A stretch of 64,000 bases of DNA. It comes from Planctomycetota bacterium. Its GTDB lineage: Bacteria > Planctomycetota > B15-G4. How positions within the stretch are numbered: the first letter of the stretch is position 1; each line of letters opens with the position of its first letter. Location: the NCBI GenBank assembly GCA_038212275.1, contig JBBQUR010000022.1, positions 1 through 64,000 on the forward strand, written 5' to 3'. A program made the position numbers and the translations under genes. Below, piece after piece: positions 29,954 to 39,272 of the stretch. The notes below the pieces were generated by a model. It searched no databases and was not told where the DNA came from. It was given only the letters and a program-made list of their open reading frames with translations.

Positions 29954-31333
29954 ATGCTCGCACGCGTCGCCGCGCGACTCGCGGATCTCGCGCAGCGCTT
30001 CGTCCCCGACCCGTTCGTCATCGCGCTGGGGCTGACCGCGGCGACCTTCGCGCTGGGTTGGTCGACCATGCCTCCTCCCGCGACGGGCAGCGGCGTGGCG
30101 GTGCTCGCGGCGGGCTGGTTCCAGCGCTTCTCCAGCACCGAGACGCTGGCCTTCACGACGCAGATGGCGCTGGTGCTCGTCGCGGGCTCGGCACTCGCGC
30201 GTGCCCGACTCGTGCGCAGCCTGCTGGCGCGCCTGGCCGACGTGCCGCGCGGCACCGCGGGCGCTGCGGCCCTGACGGCGCTGGTCGCGCTGCTTGCCTC
30301 CTTTCTCAACTGGGGTTTCGGCCTCGTCGTCGGTGCGCTGCTGGCGCGCGAGATCGGTGCGCGCGCATCGGCTGCACGGCGCCCGCTGAATTATCCGCTC
30401 GTCGCGACGGCGGGTTACGTCGGACTCATGGTGTGGCACGGTGGACTCTCCGGCAGCGCGCCGCTGAAGATGGCGGAGGCCGCGCCCTTCGGCCTCGCGA
30501 CGATTCCGCTCTCGGAAACGACCTTCTCGCCGCTGAACCTCGCGCTCGGCGCGGGGCTGCTCGTGTTCGTGCCGTGGCTCTTCGCGCGGATGGCCGCCGC
30601 GCAGGGAGCCGCGCCGCGCGTCTGGGAGGTGCAGAGCCTGGTCGCGGGCGACGCGGCCGATGCGGTCGATGCGGAGGGCACGGCCCCTCGCCGACGCGCA
30701 CTGCCGCTGCTGCTGCTGCTCTTCGTGCTGGCCCTCGGCGCGCTGGCGCTGGGCGGGCTCTTCGCCGAGGCGGGCGTGCTGCGCGCGCTGTCCCTGAACA
30801 CGGTCATCCTCATGCTGATGCTTGGCGGCCTCGCGCTGTTCGGCTCGCCGCAACGCTATGCGGCCGCGTTCGTGTCCAGCGTGGGCGAGGCGGGCGGGAT
30901 CCTGCTGCAATTCCCTTTCTATTTCGGGATCCTCGGCCTGCTCGAGGCCTCCGGTCTCGGGGTCCGGCTCTCGGGCGGCACCGTCGACGCGGCGCGCGGA
31001 CTCTCTGCGCTGGGCTTCCCGCTGGCATGGAGCTTCGACATGGTCACGTGGCTCTCGGCCGCGACGGTCAATCTCTTCGTGCCGTCGGGCGGCGGGCAGT
31101 GGGCCGTGCAGGGGCCGATCGTCGTGCACGCCGCGGGCGAGCTGCAGCTCCCGGCCGCGCGCGCCGTGATGGCCTTCGCATATGGCGACGAATGGAGCAA
31201 CATGCTGCAGCCCTTCTGGGCGTTGCCGCTGCTCGGCATCACCGGCTTGCGGGCGCGTGACATCCTGGGCTACTCGCTGACGGTGATGCTCGCTTCGGGC
31301 GCACTCTTCGCGCTGGCGTTCGCGCTCTTCTGA
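29954..31333 (+). CDS. atoE: Short-chain fatty acid transporter family (AtoE-like)
   Basis: RFVPDPFV, FTTQMAL, LNWGFGLVVG, NYPLVA..GY, WHGGLSGSAPL, LLQFPFYFGI, NLFVPSGGGQWAVQGP, GDEWSNMLQPFWALP. Confidence 0.9.
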   Translation: MLARVAARLADLAQRFVPDPFVIALGLTAATFALGWSTMPPPATGSGVAVLAAGWFQRFSSTETLAFTTQMALVLVAGSALARARLVRSLLARLADVPRGTAGAAALTALVALLASFLNWGFGLVVGALLAREIGARASAARRPLNYPLVATAGYVGLMVWHGGLSGSAPLKMAEAAPFGLATIPLSETTFSPLNLALGAGLLVFVPWLFARMAAAQGAAPRVWEVQSLVAGDAADAVDAEGTAPRRRALPLLLLLFVLALGALALGGLFAEAGVLRALSLNTVILMLMLGGLALFGSPQRYAAAFVSSVGEAGGILLQFPFYFGILGLLEASGLGVRLSGGTVDAARGLSALGFPLAWSFDMVTWLSAATVNLFVPSGGGQWAVQGPIVVHAAGELQLPAARAVMAFAYGDEWSNMLQPFWALPLLGITGLRARDILGYSLTVMLASGALFALAFALF

Positions 31334-31524
31334 GCCCGGTCCGTGCGCGGGTGCGGCGCGCGCCGCCCGCAGGCCCGTGACCCTCCGGCGGCCCAGTCCT
31401 AACTCCAGACTTCCGCGTCCCCGCGCCGGTCGGCCTGCTTCATTCACACCACCGCAAATGGACGCCTGCGGTACGGTCTTGGTAGCGTGCCCTCCCCGAA
31501 CGCCCGAGGATCACAGACTCCGCC

Positions 31525-33420
31525 GTGGCCCGTATCAACCCGATCGACGATGAGCAGGTGCACGTCCTGCACGTGGACGAGCCGGGCGCTGGCGGCGGCC
31601 GGTTGCCGATGCTCCTCGCGGGGATCGCGCTGCTGGTCGTGGCCGGGGCCGGAGTGTGGCTCTGGCTGCACCCCGAACTGCTCGAGGGCTTCACCTCGAC
31701 CTCCGTGAAGACCGCGCCCGCCCCAGGCGAGGAGAATCGCCTCGGCGACAGCTGGTCCTTCGAGACCACGGAGTCCACCAGCGCGAGCCAGGCGTGGGTG
31801 GTGCCGCCCGAGGCTCCGTCCGGCTTCCGGTTCGCGGCCTCGGGTGCGGTGAGCGGTGAACTCGGCGCCGTTGCCGAGCCGGGCGTGGTGGCTGCCGCCG
31901 CAGAGGCACCCGCGGGCGCGGCCGGTTCCCCGGCTGCCGCTGCGCACGGGAGCGCGGAGGCGGAGAACGCCGGCTGGTGTCGCATCGTCACCGAGAAGGC
32001 CGTGCCGCTCGGGGCGCATCGCGGCGCCGTGCGCCTCTCGGCGATGTCGCACGCCCCGGGCATCGAATTGCTCGTGCGCTTCGTGGGCAGGGATGGCCGC
32101 CCGCTCGACATCGTCGTGGCGCGCGGCGAGGGGCCGATCAGCGGCGAGGTGCTCGTGCCGCCGGGCGCCACGGCCGTGCAGGCCGGCTTGCAGTGCATCG
32201 GCCCGGGCAGCGCGGACGACCTGAGCCTGGAATTCGTGCCGGCGGGCGGGCTGTCCCTCCAGCGGCGCGGCATCTTCGACATGCTCGCCTTCGCGGACGG
32301 CGCCGCCGTCTTCCGCGGCGAGCAAGGCGTGCTCGCGGTGTCGGGCCTCTCCGCCGCCGACCCGTCCGGCGCGCTGCCGCCTGCGAGTCTGCGCGCCGCG
32401 AGCGGCGAGCCCGGCGCGGACCTCGGCCTCACGCTGCCCGATGGCCGCGTGCTGCCGCGGCACGCAAGCCTCACGCGCGACGAGCGCAGCGTCACGTTGA
32501 GCGAGACGGTGGACGATGTGCCGGCGGACGTCACGCTGGTGCGCACGCTCATCGTGTCCGGCGCGCTGGCGGACGCCGCCCTCGGCATCGTGTCGGCGCG
32601 CGGCATCGAGCAATTCGCCGGCGACTTCCGCGTGGAGGGCGTGAGCTCCCTCGTGCTCGGTCACACGCAGGACCGGCTCGCGCTGCGCTTCGAACCGGAG
32701 ACAACGCTCTCGGCCGTGCGGCAGCCGGACGGGGCAGTCGTCGTGCGCGCGGAGCTGTCCGGCGGCGGCCGCGTGTCGCAGACCATCGTGTCTCAGACGA
32801 GCTTCCAGGAGGAGCGCGTGGCGGCAGCGCAGCACCGCGATGCGGCGCTTGCGGCCGAAGCCGCCGGGCGTTTCGGCGAAGCGCTGGGAGAGGCCGGCAT
32901 CATCGTCACGCAGTTCCCGCACGACGAAGACGTGCTGGCTGCGGCGCAGGCGCTTCGAGGACGCGTGCAATTGCTCATGCAGCAGCGCCTCGACGTGATC
33001 GACCGCGGCCTGTCCGATGCGCTGTTCCTCGACTCCGCGAGCCGCTGCCGCGAGGTGCTCGCCGACTGCCGGGCGGCGGCCGTCACCTTCGCGGGCAGCG
33101 ATGCCGCCGCACTCTTCGAGGAGCGCGCGCTGAGCGTGGAGCAGCGCGCCGCGAAGCTGCTCGAGGACGACCGTTCGCGCCGTGAGCGACGCCTTTCCGC
33201 GATCATGGAGTCCTTCCGCGCGACGGGCCGCCATGCCGCCCCTGCCGGCGAGATCGAAGACACGCTGGAGCGCTTTCTCGCGCCGCCCGCCGCCGACTCC
33301 GAGGCCGGCAAGACGGGACGAGGCGCGCCGCCCGCCGGCACGCCGCCCGCCGGCGCGCCGCCTGGCGACGGCAGGCTGGCCACCGAGGGCACGCCGGACG
33401 CTGCGGAGGGCGGGCGATGA
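31525..33420 (+). CDS. Hypothetical single-pass membrane protein, first gene of the pilus-like operon
   Basis: One N-terminal TM, beta-rich middle, helical C-terminus; ATGA overlap with the next gene. Confidence 0.65.
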   Translation: MARINPIDDEQVHVLHVDEPGAGGGRLPMLLAGIALLVVAGAGVWLWLHPELLEGFTSTSVKTAPAPGEENRLGDSWSFETTESTSASQAWVVPPEAPSGFRFAASGAVSGELGAVAEPGVVAAAAEAPAGAAGSPAAAAHGSAEAENAGWCRIVTEKAVPLGAHRGAVRLSAMSHAPGIELLVRFVGRDGRPLDIVVARGEGPISGEVLVPPGATAVQAGLQCIGPGSADDLSLEFVPAGGLSLQRRGIFDMLAFADGAAVFRGEQGVLAVSGLSAADPSGALPPASLRAASGEPGADLGLTLPDGRVLPRHASLTRDERSVTLSETVDDVPADVTLVRTLIVSGALADAALGIVSARGIEQFAGDFRVEGVSSLVLGHTQDRLALRFEPETTLSAVRQPDGAVVVRAELSGGGRVSQTIVSQTSFQEERVAAAQHRDAALAAEAAGRFGEALGEAGIIVTQFPHDEDVLAAAQALRGRVQLLMQQRLDVIDRGLSDALFLDSASRCREVLADCRAAAVTFAGSDAAALFEERALSVEQRAAKLLEDDRSRRERRLSAIMESFRATGRHAAPAGEIEDTLERFLAPPAADSEAGKTGRGAPPAGTPPAGAPPGDGRLATEGTPDAAEGGR

Positions 33421-35060
33421 GCTCCGTCGTCGGTCTCGACATCGGCGAGGGCAGCACGCGCCTGGTGGAGGGCCGCCTCAAGAAGGGGGCCTTCGAGATC
33501 CTGCGCGCGGAGAGCTTTCCCACCGGGCAGCTGCGGGCGAAATTCGGCGAGTTCAAGCTCAAGGGCCGCCGCACCATCGTGGGCGTGACGGGCCGCGACA
33601 TGATCCTGCGCATCACGCAGGTGCCCTCCGTTCCGGCCTGGCAGCTCCGCGACCTCATGGCGCTGGAAATCGAGGACATCGCCGAACAATCCGGCGACGA
33701 ACTCTCCGCGGATTTCGGGCTGCTGGCCGCTGCGGGCGACGACGAGGACCGGGTGCTGCTCGCGCTGGTGCGCAACAGCCTCATTGCGGAGCGCACCGAG
33801 GCCATCGCGGTCGCAGGCGGCAAGCTGCTGGCCTTTTCCCCCAATGCGATCGCGCTTCACAACGCGGTGGTGGCCACGGACGGCGGTGACGGCACGCTGC
33901 TCGTCGCGGCGCTCGGCGGTCGCAACACGGACATCGCCTTGCTGCGCGACGGCGAGCTGCTGTTCGCGCGCAATCTCGCCGGTGGCGGAGATCTGTTCAC
34001 CGACGCGATCGCCGACAGCTTCCGGCTCGACTTCGACAAGGCCGAGAAGGCCAAGCTGAGCCTCGGCGTCTTCCCGGCTCGCGGCGAAACGCTGGCCGGT
34101 CAGCAGGGCGCCGTGGCGCGCGTGCTCGAGGCGCCGTTGCGACAGGTGGTCGGCATGCTGCAGTCGTCCACGGTGCTCGCGCGCAGCCAGCTCAAGCTGC
34201 CCGATCTGGAGGTGGAGCGCGTGCTGCTCTGCGGGCCCGGCGCCTCGCTGCCCGGCTTCGCGGAGGCACTCTCGTCGGCGCTCGGCCTGACGGTCACGCG
34301 CTTCGATCCGACCGACGGCTATCTCGTCGGCGGACAGAGCGTGCAGCCCGCGCGCGGCCCCGACTTCGCGGTGGCGGCCGGGCTCGCGCTCATGGGCGTG
34401 CTGCCGTCGGCGTATCGCGTGGCCATCCTCCCGGACGCGCTGCGCAAGCGTCAGCACTTCCGGACGCGCACGCTGTGGTTGCTGCTCGCGGCGGCGCTCG
34501 TGTTCGGGCACCTTGTGCTGGCCTTCGTCACCGCGCGCGAGAACTCGGCGGCCGCTGCCGCGGATCTCGGGCGGCTGCGGCGCGAGGTCGAATCGCGCAA
34601 GGCCGACATGGCGGGCCACGCCCGCGTGCTCGCCGAGACGCAGGAGCTGGCCGCCAAGCTGTCCACGCTGGAGGACCTGACGGCGCCGGGCAGCGGCGTG
34701 CTCACGGCCCTCGGGGAGCTCGAAGCCAGCCTGCCCGCGGAACTGTGGATCACCAGCATGAAGAGCACGCGCGGCATCGAGCCGCAGCTCGGCCACGGTG
34801 GAGCGCGTCGCCCGTTCATCGCGGTGGATGGTCATGGCAAGGAGCAGTCGCGCAACCTCTCCGATGCGGTGACCGAGCTCACGACGCGACTGCGCGGGCA
34901 GCCGGGCATCTCCACGGTGCTGCCGCGCGTGACGACCGACAGCCGCGGCGCCTTCAACTTCAGCCTGACCATCGACACCAGCGTCACGCCGAAGAGCGCG
35001 GACGACGATGGCTCGGAAGCGGACGCCCGCGCCACGCCCGCGCAGGGGAGCGGTGGCTGA
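33417..35060 (+). CDS. pilM: PilM-PilN fusion (actin-like domain, TM, PilN-like periplasmic domain)
   Basis: VVGLDIG, R-VLLA, FARNLAGGGDLFTDAIA..AEKAK, VLLCGPGA.LPG; then VAILP (INLLP-like), TM, coiled coil, LPAELWITSM. Confidence 0.8.
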   Translation: MSSVVGLDIGEGSTRLVEGRLKKGAFEILRAESFPTGQLRAKFGEFKLKGRRTIVGVTGRDMILRITQVPSVPAWQLRDLMALEIEDIAEQSGDELSADFGLLAAAGDDEDRVLLALVRNSLIAERTEAIAVAGGKLLAFSPNAIALHNAVVATDGGDGTLLVAALGGRNTDIALLRDGELLFARNLAGGGDLFTDAIADSFRLDFDKAEKAKLSLGVFPARGETLAGQQGAVARVLEAPLRQVVGMLQSSTVLARSQLKLPDLEVERVLLCGPGASLPGFAEALSSALGLTVTRFDPTDGYLVGGQSVQPARGPDFAVAAGLALMGVLPSAYRVAILPDALRKRQHFRTRTLWLLLAAALVFGHLVLAFVTARENSAAAAADLGRLRREVESRKADMAGHARVLAETQELAAKLSTLEDLTAPGSGVLTALGELEASLPAELWITSMKSTRGIEPQLGHGGARRPFIAVDGHGKEQSRNLSDAVTELTTRLRGQPGISTVLPRVTTDSRGAFNFSLTIDTSVTPKSADDDGSEADARATPAQGSGG

Positions 35061-35824
35061 TGGATCGCGACCTGCGCCGCACCCTCATCGTCGCCGCCGC
35101 GCTCCTCGTGGCGCTGTTCACGGGCCTCGCGCTCATCTCCGCGCTCTACGACGAGGGCGATGCGGCGCGACAGGCCACCGCGTTGCGCACCAAGCTGCGC
35201 GCCGGCGGCGAGGCCGACAGCCGTCCCGCGGCGGGGGACATGGCGGCGGCCACGGCACTGCGCGACGAGTTGTCCGCGGAGCTGGCCGCGCTCGTGCCGG
35301 GCCTGTCGTACACGCAGCCGGCGAACTTCTCCGTCGGGGCCGGCGAAAGCGCCGACCTGCGCTACATCGAGATCGTGCGCCGCGAGCAGGAAGCGCTCGT
35401 GAAGGGCGGCGCCTTCCGCGGGCAGTCGGTGCCGAGCAATCTCGGCTTGCCGGAGCTGAACCCGACCGGCCTCGAGGACGTGCTGCGCACCTTGCGCTCG
35501 CTGCACATCGTGCACCTCGTGGTGGACGCGGGCCTGAAGTCCGGCATCGAGGGCGTGGACGAGATCCGCATGCCGCCGGTCACGCGCAAGGGCAAGGCCG
35601 AATCCGGTTTCGTGCGCCAGCAGAAGGTGGATTTCGAGCTGCACGGTTCGCCGGCCGCCGTGCGGCGCACTCTGGCCGCGATCGCCGGCGGCACTCCTTA
35701 TCTCGCGCTGGATGACGTGCGCCTCGATCGCCTCGACGACGACGGCGCCCGGCTGCGCGCACGCTTTTCGGCCGCCGCGCTGAACCTCGATGCCGAGCAG
35801 GCCGTCCAGGAGATCGGCGGATGA
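35060..35824 (+). CDS. PilO/GspM-like inner-membrane assembly protein
   Basis: N-terminal TM, coiled coil, C-terminal VDFELHGS...YLALDDVRL ferredoxin-like pattern; directly follows pilMN. Confidence 0.55.
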   Translation: MDRDLRRTLIVAAALLVALFTGLALISALYDEGDAARQATALRTKLRAGGEADSRPAAGDMAAATALRDELSAELAALVPGLSYTQPANFSVGAGESADLRYIEIVRREQEALVKGGAFRGQSVPSNLGLPELNPTGLEDVLRTLRSLHIVHLVVDAGLKSGIEGVDEIRMPPVTRKGKAESGFVRQQKVDFELHGSPAAVRRTLAAIAGGTPYLALDDVRLDRLDDDGARLRARFSAAALNLDAEQAVQEIGG

Positions 35825-38619
35825 AGGACGGGGCGCGCGAGCAACTGCTGTTCGCCGGCGTGGCCGTGCTGGTGGGGCTGCTCACGTGGCAGCGCCTCGC
35901 CGACAGCTACACGGCGGCCGGCGTGCCGTCGCCGAAGCGCGTGGAGGCCGCCGTCGTGGAGCGGCCGGCGCTCGCGCACATCGGCGCGGTGGCGGAACTG
36001 CCGCCGGGCACGCGCGAGGAGTCCGTCTTCGCGCCGCCGCGCGAGCTGCTGCCGCTCGATCCGCTGCAGCTTCCGCCGCCGCCGTTGCCGCCGCTCTCCG
36101 TGCGCCGCCCGGCGGTGCAGCCGTCGATGGCCGGCCAGGCGGCGCGCGCCTATCGCGTGGCGCCCGATTCGCTGGGTTCGCTCGTGCTTTCGGAGCGGGT
36201 TCTGGATGCCTCCGAAGGGGACATCGGCGACGACGATCCGGACGCCGCCCCGGGTGGAGTCGGCGCGCCGAAGCAGGCTGCGACTGCTTCCGGCGGCACG
36301 AAGGACCCGTCCGGCAAGGGCGTCGGCGCCAAGCCTGCGCCGAACGGCAAGGCCGGCGTGGCCGACAAGACGGCCGGCGGCGCCAAGGCCGGCGGCGCCG
36401 CGCTCGACGAGACGCAGGAGAAGGCCGCCGAAGCGCGCTTCGACTGGATCGCGCGCGCCGACAGCAAGGGCCGTCTTTACGGCACGCTGCTGAACGAGGA
36501 CCCGATCGGACTCGCACAGCGCCCCGGCGAGGATCTCGTCCTGCAGCAGTTGTCCGAGAGCACGGGCCGCGCGCTCGGCGCGCCCTTCGTCGTGGCGCGC
36601 ACCGACGTGCTGGAGTTCGGACTCGCCGCGACGTTCGACAACGCGTATCTGCTGAAGTCGCGCGCACTGGGCGCGGGCGGTTCGGCGTCCGCCCGGCGTG
36701 CGCTGGCGCTGGAGATGCTGGCGGCCGAGGAGCTCGAGCCGCACGCGCTGGACTACGCCCTCAAGGAAGCGACGGCTGCCCTTGCCGCGGGTCCGAGCGA
36801 TCCCGCGAATCTGCACCTCATGGCCCATGTCTACCGTCGCGCCTTCGACCTGCAGGGCGAGCTGTCCGTGTGCGAGGAGGCGCTGCTGCGCGGAGCCGCC
36901 GACCCCGCGCTCGTGGCGGCGCACGTGCGCCTCGTGCGCTCGCTCGGACTGACCGAGCGTGCCTGGGAGCTGCTCGCAGCGGCGCGCACGCTGGGCCGCC
37001 AGACGGCGGAGGTCGGCGTGGCGCATGCGCTGCTGCTCTGCGACGACGGCCGCTGGCAGGACGCGGCCGTCGTGCTGGCCGAGGCCGAAAACCTGCCTTT
37101 CCTCGGGCCGTTCGAAGAACTTCAGAAGCGGGAGCTCGCGCTGCTCGGTGGCGAGGTGCAGCTGGCCCTCGGCAAGCCCGACGAGGCTCTGCGCGCCAGC
37201 GCCCGCGTGCTGCTCGACGAGCCGCGCGATCTGCGCGCGCTGCTGCTGGCCGGCGCGGCGCAGGCAGCGCAGGATGCGCTCGTGCCGGCAGCCGAGTCCT
37301 TCGAGGCCGCGCTTGTCGTCGAATCGCGTGACAGTCGTGCGCTGACCGACGCCGGCATCATCGCGTGGCGCCAGCGCGACGGCGACACCGCGCGGCGACG
37401 CTTCCTCGATGCGGTCTCCGCCGATCCCTGGCGCGCCGTGTCGCCGCTGCTGGCGCTCGGCTTTCTGTACGAGGATGCGAGCGACGCCAGCAAGGCAGCC
37501 GATGCCTACGCTGCGGCGCTGGACATCGATCCCGAGAATGCCGAGGCGCTCTACCGGCTCGGCCGCAGCCAGCGGCTGGACGGCGACCCCGAGGCCGCCA
37601 CGCAGACCCTGCGTCGCGCGCTGCGGCTGGCCGGCCCGGATCTGCTCGTGCTGCTCGAGCTGGGCCGCGCGGCGGTGGATGGCGGCCGTCACGACGAGGC
37701 GCTGCGCTACTTCCGCGAGGCCGAGCGGCTCGAGCCGGACAATGCCGAAGTGCAGTGGTCGCTGGGGCTGGCCGCGCTGGCGTCGGGCGACACGCTCGGC
37801 TGCCGGCAGCCGCTCGGCTTCGCGGCGGCGCACGGCAAGCCGGGAGCCCACGTCGCGCTGGGCGTCGCGAGCTACCGCCGCGGCGATGCGCAGGAGGCGC
37901 TCGATCACTTCGACGAGGCGCTGAAGGCCTACGCCGGCCACGCCGACGATCCGCAGGCGCGCTACGCCGCCGAGCAGTCGGTCGCGGTGCGCGACAACCT
38001 CGCCAAGCGCCAGTGGCTCGACCGCTTCGGACGCAGCTCGCTGCAGCGCGGCTGGGTCGAGCATGCCTGGGACGGCAGCCCGCGCATCGTGAGCGACGCC
38101 GGCCACGTCGCCATCACCGGGCGCATGGAGAAGCCGCGCGACGACGAGCGACCGGGCATCGGCCGCACGCTGGACGGGCGCGCCTTCTTCGGCGCCGCTG
38201 CGGAGCTGCTGCTCGCGGAAGGCGGCGACACGCGTGCCGGACTCTCGCTGACCTACAGCCAGGTCAAGGGCGCGCAGGGCCGGCTGCCCAAGGCGCAACT
38301 GGACATCTGGCTGGACACCGACGGCCAGGTGCGCCTCTCCGTCCTCGACAACTTCGACACGCGCGTGCTCGACGGCGTCGCGGTGACGGGGGCGGTCGCC
38401 ACGCCCGGCACGCCGATCGTGCTCGGCATCGAGCGGCTCGATGACGTGACCGGCCGATTCGCTTTCAGTGTGGACGGCCGGCGTGTCGGCGCGCCCGTGG
38501 AGGTCAAGAGCTTGCGCAGTTTCAAGAACCCGCTCGACCTGCAGGTCTGGGCCGAAGCCGCGCCCGGTCGCACCGTGTCCGCCTCCGTCGCACTCGTGCG
38601 CATCGTGCAGGCGCCGTGA
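35821..38619 (+). CDS. Membrane-anchored TPR protein with C-terminal beta-sandwich
   Basis: N-terminal TM, Pro-rich linker, multiple TPRs (ALDIDPENAEALYRLG, AERLEPDNAEVQWSLG), beta-rich C-terminus (FSVDG). Confidence 0.8.
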   Translation: MKDGAREQLLFAGVAVLVGLLTWQRLADSYTAAGVPSPKRVEAAVVERPALAHIGAVAELPPGTREESVFAPPRELLPLDPLQLPPPPLPPLSVRRPAVQPSMAGQAARAYRVAPDSLGSLVLSERVLDASEGDIGDDDPDAAPGGVGAPKQAATASGGTKDPSGKGVGAKPAPNGKAGVADKTAGGAKAGGAALDETQEKAAEARFDWIARADSKGRLYGTLLNEDPIGLAQRPGEDLVLQQLSESTGRALGAPFVVARTDVLEFGLAATFDNAYLLKSRALGAGGSASARRALALEMLAAEELEPHALDYALKEATAALAAGPSDPANLHLMAHVYRRAFDLQGELSVCEEALLRGAADPALVAAHVRLVRSLGLTERAWELLAAARTLGRQTAEVGVAHALLLCDDGRWQDAAVVLAEAENLPFLGPFEELQKRELALLGGEVQLALGKPDEALRASARVLLDEPRDLRALLLAGAAQAAQDALVPAAESFEAALVVESRDSRALTDAGIIAWRQRDGDTARRRFLDAVSADPWRAVSPLLALGFLYEDASDASKAADAYAAALDIDPENAEALYRLGRSQRLDGDPEAATQTLRRALRLAGPDLLVLLELGRAAVDGGRHDEALRYFREAERLEPDNAEVQWSLGLAALASGDTLGCRQPLGFAAAHGKPGAHVALGVASYRRGDAQEALDHFDEALKAYAGHADDPQARYAAEQSVAVRDNLAKRQWLDRFGRSSLQRGWVEHAWDGSPRIVSDAGHVAITGRMEKPRDDERPGIGRTLDGRAFFGAAAELLLAEGGDTRAGLSLTYSQVKGAQGRLPKAQLDIWLDTDGQVRLSVLDNFDTRVLDGVAVTGAVATPGTPIVLGIERLDDVTGRFAFSVDGRRVGAPVEVKSLRSFKNPLDLQVWAEAAPGRTVSASVALVRIVQAP

Positions 38620-39272
38620 GCTGCGCTGCCGCCACGCGCTGCGCGATGCCGGCCCGCCGCGCGGGCTTCACGCTCATCGAGATTCTCGTCGTCATCTCGA
38701 TCATCGGGCTGCTCATGGGCCTCGTGGCCGTGGCCGTCAGCCGTCACGGTCAGGCGGGACGCATCGCCGACTGCAAGGCGCGCATCGACACGCTCTCGCT
38801 CATGGTGGCCTCGTGGGCGGATCGCAACGGCGACGTGCCGCCCTCACGCCTCGCCCAGGTGGGCGTGACCGACGGCAACGGCGTCAACGAGGGCATCGAG
38901 GCTCTGGTCGTCGCGCTCAAGGGCAAGGCGTGGGCCGGGCGCCGCCCCGAGGAGCGCTGGCTGGCCAACGTGGACGGCGACTCCAGCAAGGGCCTCAAGC
39001 TGGCGGACGGCAGCAGCGCGCTGCTCGAGGTGGTCGATCCGTGGGAGAATCCCATGGTCTACATCTCCAGCGCGGACTACGGCGCCGAGTTCACCTACCG
39101 CTTCGAGACGGAGAGCGGCGCGGACGACCAGACGGTGCACAGCGCCATCGATCGCCTGACCGGCGCGCCGCATCAGTTCGATTCGTTCCAGATCCTGTCG
39201 GCGGGCCCGGACGGCGTGCTGGGCACGGAAGACGACCTTGCCAACTACGAGATCGACACGGGCGAGCACTGA
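38616..39272 (+). CDS. Prepilin, GspG-like major pseudopilin
   Basis: RRAG/FTLIEILVVISII class III signal; VDPWENP..Y and SAGPDGVLGTEDDL GspG-type motifs. Confidence 0.85.
   Translation: MSCAAATRCAMPARRAGFTLIEILVVISIIGLLMGLVAVAVSRHGQAGRIADCKARIDTLSLMVASWADRNGDVPPSRLAQVGVTDGNGVNEGIEALVVALKGKAWAGRRPEERWLANVDGDSSKGLKLADGSSALLEVVDPWENPMVYISSADYGAEFTYRFETESGADDQTVHSAIDRLTGAPHQFDSFQILSAGPDGVLGTEDDLANYEIDTGEH

Noticed and set aside
28633..30309. First ~560 aa of the 1689-aa minus-strand ORF
   Set aside because: Antisense to the 28750 and 29954 genes; the signal peptide and -10 element support a start at 28632.
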